Virus record (IMG/VR): IMGVR_UViG_3300014050_002573
Span: 1 to 46,967 of that record
DNA from: a virus
Lineage: Duplodnaviria; Caudoviricetes
Strand: one strand, 5' to 3'
Length of the DNA: 46,967 nucleotides
Made by a program: the position numbers and the translations under genes. The notes under the pieces were generated by a model. That model was given only the letters and a program-made list of their open reading frames with translations, had not been told where the DNA came from and did not search any database. Positions 38,363 through 46,026 of this stretch are shown here, in pieces. How positions within the stretch are numbered: the stretch's first letter is position 1; the number at the start of each line of letters is the position of its first letter.

Positions 38363-39545
38363 CAGGAAGCCCTCCAAAGAGACGTTTAAAATTGGGCCAA
38401 ATGTCCTGTGAGCTGCCTAGCAGACCTAGACGAAGTCGACCTCCTTCTATCTTGCTTAGCATATTCCACAGCTTAGATGTCTTATCTGACTGCCAGCTGG
38501 GCCTCTCGCTCTCGATTGCGATCTCTGTGTAGCAGACCATCTGACAGATGTTAGAAAGTTCTCTAAATGCAGCAAATGCCGCATCATTGTCCTCATCCCA
38601 GTTGTCACCATCTGTGCAGTGGAACGCATAAATGTTCCAAGAAGATGGGTGGTACCGCTTGCTGATGATGTCAAGTGCAAGTTTTGGTGCTGAGGAGACG
38701 TGTGTCCCACCAGATGCAGCACGTTTAAAGAACCGCTCTTCATCAACTTCTTCAGCTTCAGTTGTATGTGCAAGGAATACAATCTCAATGTGCTCGTACT
38801 TGTGCTTCAAGAACTGATAGAGCAGGAAGTAGAATGATCTTGCAATGTACTTGATGTTAGTTGTCATCGAACCGCTGACATCCATCATGAAGAAGATGAC
38901 AGCATCGGTCGCTTCCTTGGGACGATCCTTAATGTAGTAGTACCTTAAGTCATTGTCGTGATAAGGAAACTCTTCTTCTCCCGTCTCAGGGTTGATCTCA
39001 ACCGTGCCTTGACGTCTAGAAGCTGAGAGGCGCTTAATGCGTTCTACCGCTGTTTTCTTTTTATCGAGGCGTGGTCGAATACCTTGAGGACGTGTGCCGT
39101 GTTTCTTGGGCTTAACGTCAAGCAGCTTCTTGAATTTCTTTTTATCTAGGTCAGGAAGTTGGAGGGAGTCGAAGAGATATTCGGCGAGTTCTTCAAGAGA
39201 GATCTCAACCTCATACATCTCCTCACCCTTATCTTTCCCAGCCTTGTTGCCTTGACCTTGCTGTTGCTGCTGACCTTTCTTGACAACTTGACCCTTCTGG
39301 ACGTCCTGCCCAGGTGCAGAGCCTACCTGCTTGTGTCCCTCATTGTCACCAAAGATGAACTGCCACTCCTTGATGCCACGAACTGGGATCTTGATCTTCT
39401 TCTTTCCGTCGTGCCCGATAATCGACTCATCAGCAACAACGTCTGTTATTCCATCACGGATGGCTTTCTCGATCTTCTTCTTGTGCCTTGCTCGATCTGA
39501 TGCAGATCTATCAGCCGTCGTCTTGTGCTCTCTGAAGATTGACAT
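38355..39545 (-). CDS. yeaH: YeaH/YhbH family vWA-domain protein (DUF444)
   Basis: DRARH, KIPVRGIKE, MMDVSGSM (MIDAS), SGGT.VSS, WNIYAFH.TDGDNW. Confidence 0.92.
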   Translation of the reverse strand: MSIFREHKTTADRSASDRARHKKKIEKAIRDGITDVVADESIIGHDGKKKIKIPVRGIKEWQFIFGDNEGHKQVGSAPGQDVQKGQVVKKGQQQQQGQGNKAGKDKGEEMYEVEISLEELAEYLFDSLQLPDLDKKKFKKLLDVKPKKHGTRPQGIRPRLDKKKTAVERIKRLSASRRQGTVEINPETGEEEFPYHDNDLRYYYIKDRPKEATDAVIFFMMDVSGSMTTNIKYIARSFYFLLYQFLKHKYEHIEIVFLAHTTEAEEVDEERFFKRAASGGTHVSSAPKLALDIISKRYHPSSWNIYAFHCTDGDNWDEDNDAAFAAFRELSNICQMVCYTEIAIESERPSWQSDKTSKLWNMLSKIEGGRLRLGLLGSSQDIWPNFKRLFGGLPDV

Positions 39546-39727
39546 GACCTGCTCCTATCTATAAGTATCAGTGGTCACTACGACTTTGTTCACATAGATC
39601 AATAAAATACCTACTTGTAAAGACTAGATCGATACCTCTATGGTTCTTAGTGCTCTCTGATCTATTAGATATAGTATTTAATAACTCTTAAGAAGAAAGG
39701 AAATCTGTTCAGATAATTACTGATAGA

Positions 39728-40126
39728 ATGTCTAAAAGAAAACTCTACATCTCAAAAGATCTAGCTGATCTAAATGATAATGTCAAGCTTATTGCTGACT
39801 TTATTGACCGCTGCAATAATGAGCTTAGCATTGACGAAGAATGCGACTACAGCATCTACTTTGTTGATGATAGAAAGAAGCATGGCATTAAGACGACTGC
39901 TTTTTATGATCCTAGAGACAATACAATTAAGATCTATGCCAAAGGTCGAATGATAATTGACTGCCTCAGGTCATTAGCGCATGAGATGACACACATGATG
40001 CAGCAGGAGAAGGGATTAATCACAGGACCCGTGAAGGATGAGGGTGGCTTTCACGAAGATCAAGCAAATGCTAAGGCTGGTCTAATCGTGAAGAGGTTCA
40101 TCAAACAGACAGGAATTGATTTTTAG
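39728..40126 (+). CDS. Small zincin-like metallopeptidase
   Basis: RSLAHEMTHMMQ (HExxH) and a downstream E..AN. Confidence 0.75.
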   Translation: MSKRKLYISKDLADLNDNVKLIADFIDRCNNELSIDEECDYSIYFVDDRKKHGIKTTAFYDPRDNTIKIYAKGRMIIDCLRSLAHEMTHMMQQEKGLITGPVKDEGGFHEDQANAKAGLIVKRFIKQTGIDF

Positions 40127-40130
40127 TCTT

Positions 40131-42137
40131 CTACTTAGAAGTTGCAATTTCAGCAACTGTTTCAGGCATAACAAGGCAGAATACATTCGGAGCAAATCTG
40201 TAAACTTGCCCCGAATAGCATATTTTTGATGTCTTTTTACCAGTTTCAGTACTAGTATCAGTTACTTCTTTGCAGACAAATTTGTCAGGATCTGTAAGAT
40301 AATCTGGATTGTCAATGTAATAGTTTAAATTACTAAAAAACTGCTTATCTGCATACAAAACTTTAATTTGTTCGATAGGAACACCCACATTCCCCTCAGT
40401 ACTTGGAATAATGCTGTCCATGGCAGTAATTAATTCGACAATTTCCCAAGTTTTCTTAATTACTTTTCTTGTGGGATCATTGATATTGACAATTGTTACA
40501 CTTCCTTCTGGAGTATTCTCAATAAATTTTGTAACATCAATCTTTTTCTTTGCCCAGTTTCTAACTAGTACAGCAAATCCTGTCTTAAATGAAATATTAC
40601 CTTGTGGCGTAAAAGCAGTGCTATAATCAACTGGTTCAAATTCATAAGTCTTGATGTCTTTTGTAGCAGGAACAGTCTCAGGGTCAAAAACACCCGCAAT
40701 TGTTAGTGTATCTAGATTGGCTCCTAAAATTCCTAATCCAAGACCTATCTTACCAAAACATCCATTGAACCAATATATGTAACGCACCCAAATCTCAGGA
40801 CGCTTTGCTGCAAAATCAAGAAATTTAGTCATTTCTTGTGTAAAGATGACATCTTTCCCTGCTGCATTCTTGAATACTCTAAAAATTTGACCCGTTTCAT
40901 CTCCCATCAGTACCCAGTTGAAACCACCCTCTACTTGAACCCAACCTCTTACAACATTTTCTCCCGCTTCAGCTGCTTGCGCAGCAGCACTGGCAGTAGT
41001 AAATTGCTTACCTGCAATTTCTGGAAATCTTTTTGCAAATTCATTGAGCATTCTAAAAGAAATACCATTGAAAGATCTTCCCGACAGCCAAGATGTGCTC
41101 TGAGCCAATACACCCTCTTGCTGTGTGATGATTCCCATATCAGCAAGAGCATTCATACCTCTAACTTGTGCTGATGCATGGATGACTTCAGCAAGATCTT
41201 CTGCTTTTTGAAGATGTGCAACGTTACTATAAGCTGACATTGCAGGTGCTACAAGAGAAAGCGCAGCGCCGACGTAATTTAGTGCAGCAAGATATGGGTG
41301 TCCAGTTTCTCCATAATATGCAGCCAGTGTAATGCTTATTGGTATTGTAGGAATTGCAAGTTCAGGACCAATAAAAAATGAGCCAATTCCCAATGCAGAA
41401 TTGATTTTATTTAAAGTTGATATATAGTCTGCCTGCATGCCTATAAGGCATTGTGATCCTTGAGATGGATCTTCAAACTGAGAACATGGCAGATTTTTGA
41501 TAGAATCGGCAAGATTTTTTGGAATTAGATTAAGCCACATCCCTCTGTTGACAGTATCAGTAACAGCATCCCAAGTTATTTTTACATTTGACTTTTTCCA
41601 TCTCTCATCTTTAAATTCCCAACTTAAGAGAGGATTGTCACATTTTGTGATCAAAAAAACTAATTTAGGATCAGTATTAAGAAGAATATCACTTTCTATT
41701 TTTTCATTTGTGTTAAGTGACGCAATTCCAATGTACTTAGATGCGAGTGATCCGTACTTACTACGTATTGCAGCTGAAACAATACCAGATGCGCCTAGCT
41801 CCCAATCAGCTACTGGTCGACAACGATAAGAATTTATGTATTCTTTGATTGGCCTACTGTATTTGACTAATAAAAGAACTTCATTATTTGAAGCTGCACT
41901 GTTGGGTAGTTGAACAAAACTTTCAACATAGTCATCGCCTAGCATAACGTTTGCAACTGTTCCTGGAACTTGCTGACAAAGTGTTACCATGCGCTTTAAT
42001 GTGTCTCTTGGATCATCAAAGAATATGCCTGATCTGGGAAGAGATGAGCCTGGTTTAAAGCTTGCTCTTTCACGAGAGCTATCTAACTCATCAATAAGCT
42101 TCATTTCTCTAATAAGCTGGCGTAGTATGTGGCTCAT
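40131..42137 (-). CDS. Large hypothetical protein with the LRQLIRE leader and central hydrophobic helices
   Basis: 668 aa ORF; N-terminus MSHILRQLIREMKLIDE. Confidence 0.7.
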   Translation of the reverse strand: MSHILRQLIREMKLIDELDSSRERASFKPGSSLPRSGIFFDDPRDTLKRMVTLCQQVPGTVANVMLGDDYVESFVQLPNSAASNNEVLLLVKYSRPIKEYINSYRCRPVADWELGASGIVSAAIRSKYGSLASKYIGIASLNTNEKIESDILLNTDPKLVFLITKCDNPLLSWEFKDERWKKSNVKITWDAVTDTVNRGMWLNLIPKNLADSIKNLPCSQFEDPSQGSQCLIGMQADYISTLNKINSALGIGSFFIGPELAIPTIPISITLAAYYGETGHPYLAALNYVGAALSLVAPAMSAYSNVAHLQKAEDLAEVIHASAQVRGMNALADMGIITQQEGVLAQSTSWLSGRSFNGISFRMLNEFAKRFPEIAGKQFTTASAAAQAAEAGENVVRGWVQVEGGFNWVLMGDETGQIFRVFKNAAGKDVIFTQEMTKFLDFAAKRPEIWVRYIYWFNGCFGKIGLGLGILGANLDTLTIAGVFDPETVPATKDIKTYEFEPVDYSTAFTPQGNISFKTGFAVLVRNWAKKKIDVTKFIENTPEGSVTIVNINDPTRKVIKKTWEIVELITAMDSIIPSTEGNVGVPIEQIKVLYADKQFFSNLNYYIDNPDYLTDPDKFVCKEVTDTSTETGKKTSKICYSGQVYRFAPNVFCLVMPETVAEIATSK

Positions 42138-42686
42138 TTAAAATCTCCACAATCTTTTTCTTTTTATAATTGATAAATTTTCTGTTAGATTCTCAATATC
42201 ATCTATGCCAGAATTATTGTCAAATAAGCTTGTATCACTTGAAACAGTGTTCTCTAACTGCATGAGATCGTTTTTCATCTTTTCTAGTGCACGTTCTAGA
42301 TAAATCACTGCAACTTCAGCGCGCTTTGGATCGTGCTGCACCCTGGGCGGCTTGGGATTTTTGGCTGTGGGAACATGCATCGGAACATCTGGAAAGAGAA
42401 TGCTTTTTGCTTGTGTCACAAGCACCACCCATCCACGATCATTTGCCGCCACCCAGATGTGCCCTAAACCCAGTGAGTTTGCAAGAGAAGAAAATCCCCT
42501 ACGAAATTGTCCATATGGATCATACCTTGACGACCCAAAGCCCTCAGCAGCTGCCATGAATGGAATGCCACGGTGTCGTGGGTTAGGTGACGTGACAAAC
42601 TTTTTGTAGAATTCCAGGCTATCTTCCATCTGGTCGAGTGCGGTGTGCAACTCAGCAATTCTACGCTGTATCGCTTCTAATTCCAT
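42138..42686 (-). CDS. Hypothetical protein with coiled-coil ends
   Basis: ORF abuts the next gene; ATATGTA motif 5 nt upstream. Confidence 0.65.
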   Translation of the reverse strand: MELEAIQRRIAELHTALDQMEDSLEFYKKFVTSPNPRHRGIPFMAAAEGFGSSRYDPYGQFRRGFSSLANSLGLGHIWVAANDRGWVVLVTQAKSILFPDVPMHVPTAKNPKPPRVQHDPKRAEVAVIYLERALEKMKNDLMQLENTVSSDTSLFDNNSGIDDIENLTENLSIIKRKRLWRF

Positions 42687-42740
42687 ACATCTACATATCC
42701 TCTTCGAGGAAGCAGAATGTTTATTGATAGCTGCAAATAA

Positions 42741-43199
42741 TCATTTGTTCTGGTCGTAATTGACAATTAGCGCAGCGCTAAAGTTCTCAAAAGGTATAAA
42801 CTCACCCTCTGCCTTGGTTCTTGCAAGTATGGCATCGGCAATTTTCTTTAGCGCGACCTTATTTTTAAGTTTAATACCCGTCTTTCTATTTCCTGCAACA
42901 GTGAAAGACACAGTCATGAAAGGTTGGCCCTCAGGAACGTCTGGCGTCCACGAGTCAATTGACAAAGCAGACACATCGAAGATGTGGCTTAGCTGAACGC
43001 CAAAAGGTCCTTCTTTCACAACACGGACACCTAATTTCTGTGACGGCACCGCTGCAGATCCATCTAATTTCTTAATGATAATTTGTGTGCCAGTTGAGTC
43101 AACTTTAGGCTTATCGAACACACTGAGGATGGAAGCTTCACGGAGAAGAGAAAGTTCCTCACGAATAATCTGCCTTAAATGACGCTGTGTGATCTTCAT
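42741..43199 (-). CDS. Hypothetical protein with the RQIIREE leader
   Basis: Start reassigned to MKITQRHLRQIIREE; GGAG RBS. Confidence 0.75.
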   Translation of the reverse strand: MKITQRHLRQIIREELSLLREASILSVFDKPKVDSTGTQIIIKKLDGSAAVPSQKLGVRVVKEGPFGVQLSHIFDVSALSIDSWTPDVPEGQPFMTVSFTVAGNRKTGIKLKNKVALKKIADAILARTKAEGEFIPFENFSAALIVNYDQNK

Positions 43200-43249
43200 T
43201 TCATCTCCGATACAAAGATTAAATATACTGTGAGTTGCAAAGGTCAAAT

Positions 43250-43915
43250 CTACAAACTGCCATCTTCCTCAAGAGCAATGTCCTCCTGCCGCCAGTCAAA
43301 GTCACCCACGTTACCCAGCGCAGACTTCACCTGCCGAGGATCGAAGACGACGACAATGGAGAAAGGTCGATTAGGTGATCTGACAACAATACCGTCGTAG
43401 CCCTCAGCTTTGACGGAATTTGATAAGTTCGAATTGGGATATGCCTCGATCGGGATGACATAGGGGCGCAGGACACGAAGATACGCTGGGATCACGTTGG
43501 GTGTGGCCTCCCAGTCAGACATAAGATCATCGGCGCGGCGTCCGTAGCCACCCACGTCGACCGTGTAGCGGTTGGCGACCTCAGGATCGTCAGTGAAATA
43601 GATCCCGGGCCCGAACAGGCCACCCGGCGCAACTTTGAACGATGTGAAGGCAGCGTTAGTGCCGTGGAACATGCGCAGCGGCGCACCATCTCTCTGCCGG
43701 ATCTTGGAGCCACCAAACCAGATCATGAGGTTCGTCTTCCGGCGAGCACCCTCATCAGGATTTAGCTCCTTGGGTATCGGGGTGAAAAAGGGAGGTGGGG
43801 GCTTCGGTGCTTCACTCCGTGTATCGGTCAGCTCCAGCTCCTCGGGCGAAGCACCATCAGGAGCGCTCTCGAGGAGGAACTGTCTTACAAGTCGACGGAT
43901 GGGCGCATAGGACAT
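43250..43915 (-). CDS. ADP-ribosyltransferase-like protein (ART-PolyVal type)
   Basis: SK....G.PL.MFHGT, G.GIYFT....A..Y, V.PAYL, GYDGI, VVF.P.QVKSA; start reassigned to MSYAP. Confidence 0.75.
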   Translation of the reverse strand: MSYAPIRRLVRQFLLESAPDGASPEELELTDTRSEAPKPPPPFFTPIPKELNPDEGARRKTNLMIWFGGSKIRQRDGAPLRMFHGTNAAFTSFKVAPGGLFGPGIYFTDDPEVANRYTVDVGGYGRRADDLMSDWEATPNVIPAYLRVLRPYVIPIEAYPNSNLSNSVKAEGYDGIVVRSPNRPFSIVVVFDPRQVKSALGNVGDFDWRQEDIALEEDGSL

Positions 43916-43961
43916 CAGGTGGCTCAGGGGTACGGTTCTACATATGGCGCGCGACCACAAA

Positions 43962-44040
43962 GGTCAAAAGACGCAAAATTTTCCCGGGAAGTTTTTTGAG
44001 AAAACGACCCGGGAGAAAAAATTTACGGCGCAGATTTTTG
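43962..44040. repeat. Intergenic A-tract element, copy 1
   Basis: GGTCAAAAG...AATTTTCCCGGGAAGTTTTTTG...GCGCAGATTTT shared with 45563..45640. Confidence 0.75.
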
Positions 44041-44050
44041 ATCTTTACAG

Positions 44051-44629
44051 TCAACCATCGACGGCGTCAATGACGTCCTGGAAATCAGAATCGGACCATG
44101 CAGGGCCTTCAGGGCCTTCAGCGTAGTATTCATCGCGGATTCCGCCGGCATCCCCTCCCGCTGCCATGTCCGCGTATTCCTCACGAGCGCCTGTCTTCCA
44201 GGAGTGTCTTCCACTGGGATCTGTAGTGTAGTATGTCACCATTTTCTCAACCCGATCAGAATATTGAGGCGCGGCAGGTGCCGAAGCAGGAGAGAAGCGG
44301 AGAGGCTCGGGTGAGCGCGCTCTTTCTAGGTCACTTCTATAGAGAGCGATCACCTTGTCGGGATTTCTAGACCCGGCGCGGTCAATGAGGTCCTTGATCT
44401 CATAGGGATCCAGGAAGATCCTGGCGCGATGCATGGCTCTGACGAGTGGAGATCTCATGAAAGCAGCCTCCTCGGCCTGTCGGATCTGCTCGTCTTCCTC
44501 CTCCGTGGTCTTCCACCAATCTCTTTCCTCACTCTCACGAACCCGGGCGACGTTGGCACCTTGCTCATTCAGAAGGCGGCTGACCTCTTCGCGGATGATC
44601 TGTCGAATCTGGCGTGATGTGACCCGCAT
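44051..44629 (-). CDS. Hypothetical protein with the RQIIREE leader
   Basis: Start reassigned to MRVTSRQIRQIIREE, 1 nt after the stop of the upstream gene. Confidence 0.75.
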   Translation of the reverse strand: MRVTSRQIRQIIREEVSRLLNEQGANVARVRESEERDWWKTTEEEDEQIRQAEEAAFMRSPLVRAMHRARIFLDPYEIKDLIDRAGSRNPDKVIALYRSDLERARSPEPLRFSPASAPAAPQYSDRVEKMVTYYTTDPSGRHSWKTGAREEYADMAAGGDAGGIRDEYYAEGPEGPAWSDSDFQDVIDAVDG

Positions 44630-44630
44630 G

Positions 44631-45077
44631 TTAGCCCTCGAACTCGGCGTCTTCCTGCTCGGCGATCCAGTCTGCAGCATCGAAGAACTCGGTAGCGCCG
44701 AAGGGGTCCGGGTAGTCCTGATCCAGGACGTACTTGATCTCGGGGTGCTTCTTCAGCCACACCGCGATCGGATTGGGACCGCCGTTCATGTGGTTGTCCC
44801 ACTGGCGCTGGGTGCCGATCGAGGGGGCAGGCTTGAGCTTGACGTCCTCACCGGCGCAGAAGGCCTCGACATCGTCCTTGGTGCCGATGTAGTACTCGGC
44901 CATGCCGGAGGGCCCACCGAATTCAGGATCTTCTCCACCGGTGTAGATGAGGAAGGTGTCACCTGCGTAAGCTGTTGGTGCCCGCTTAACCTTGTCCTTG
45001 GGCGCCTTAGCTTCGCGGAGGAGCAGTGATGCCTCCTCACGGATGATCTGTCGAAGTTGACGTTGTGTGATCCGCAT
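44631..45077 (-). CDS. Hypothetical protein with the RQIIREE leader
   Basis: MRITQRQLRQIIREE; AGGAG RBS. Confidence 0.78.
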   Translation of the reverse strand: MRITQRQLRQIIREEASLLLREAKAPKDKVKRAPTAYAGDTFLIYTGGEDPEFGGPSGMAEYYIGTKDDVEAFCAGEDVKLKPAPSIGTQRQWDNHMNGGPNPIAVWLKKHPEIKYVLDQDYPDPFGATEFFDAADWIAEQEDAEFEG

Positions 45078-45086
45078 GATGTTCTC

Positions 45087-45521
45087 CTAATCGTTGTATT
45101 TTGTAAGTTGGCGCTCATCGTCGAGCTTGATCATGACCTTCGCGCGTCGTTGGATCTCACCCAAGAGGCCGGCAATCCACTTACTCTCACGAGGGGTCAG
45201 ACGACGATCCTCAGGATCAGCTGTCAGCCCGAAGGGCGAGAGCAGGTCGTCAAATAATTCCTGTGCACTATCAAGGTCCTCTAACGCTTGAGGAGAGCTA
45301 CGGAAGTTGGTTGTCCTCAATATATCCACCATGACGAGGATGTCCTCATAACCCCATGCGTGGATCATCGAATCGGCGACCTCACCTAAATCTAGTGATC
45401 TCATCAGTGGATATTGATCTCCCTCTTGCCCGTAGCCGGGGACCTCGCCGGGACCGTCATCCATCTCTCGAATTAACTCCTCACGGATAATCTGTCGAAG
45501 TTGCTTGCTTGTGATTCTCAT
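45087..45521 (-). CDS. Hypothetical protein with the RQIIREE leader
   Basis: MRITSKQLRQIIREE; GAGG RBS. Confidence 0.78.
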   Translation of the reverse strand: MRITSKQLRQIIREELIREMDDGPGEVPGYGQEGDQYPLMRSLDLGEVADSMIHAWGYEDILVMVDILRTTNFRSSPQALEDLDSAQELFDDLLSPFGLTADPEDRRLTPRESKWIAGLLGEIQRRAKVMIKLDDERQLTKYND

Positions 45522-45562
45522 ATTAAATCCTCTACAGAGTACATATCTTCGTCTCCCAGAAG

Positions 45563-45640
45563 GGTCAAAAGTGACCCAATTTTCCCCGGAAGTTTTTTGT
45601 CCCGCAAGCGCTCTGGGGCACTTTTGCTGCGCAGATTTTG
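45563..45640. repeat. Intergenic A-tract element, copy 2
   Basis: GGTCAAAAG...AATTTTCCCCGGAAGTTTTTTG...GCGCAGATTTT. Confidence 0.75.
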
Positions 45641-45937
45641 GGTCCTCGGGGAGATCGGGTGCTCAACTCAGACTCGGATAGCCACGGTCTGCAGACGACA
45701 GGGAGGGGTGTTGGCGGTGTCATCGGGCTAGGGCTGCTCTGTCGTCGAGGAAGCGGGGTGGAAAGTGATCGGCGCTCCCGGGAGGCACAAGTGGCCCTAG
45801 TCCCCGCAGCGCAGGAAGCCCCGCCGGTGAGCTTGCGCCCCCCTAGGGACCCCCCTAGCCCTCCCCCTGGAGCGCCCCCTCCAGGCTCTACTAGCCCTAT
45901 AGGGTAGCCCTGCCCCCCGTCTACCGGGCACACTAGA

Positions 45938-45974
45938 AGGGGCGCCCCGGCCCATATCGGCGGAAGCGCCCCCT
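45938..45974 (-). terminator. GC-rich hairpin downstream of the acidic protein gene, possible terminator
   Basis: Minus strand GGGGCGC...GCGCCCC followed by TTCT; the U-tract is weak. Confidence 0.4.
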
Positions 45975-46026
45975 GTCCCTGTCCCTGCAGCGCGAGCGCT
46001 GGGGAGACGGGGCGTACCCTGACTGA

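Noticed and set aside
45565-45933. 122-aa and 89-aa ORFs in the GC-rich intergenic region
   Set aside because: Low-complexity Gly/Pro translations of G/C runs, overlapping a repeat that is non-coding in its other copy
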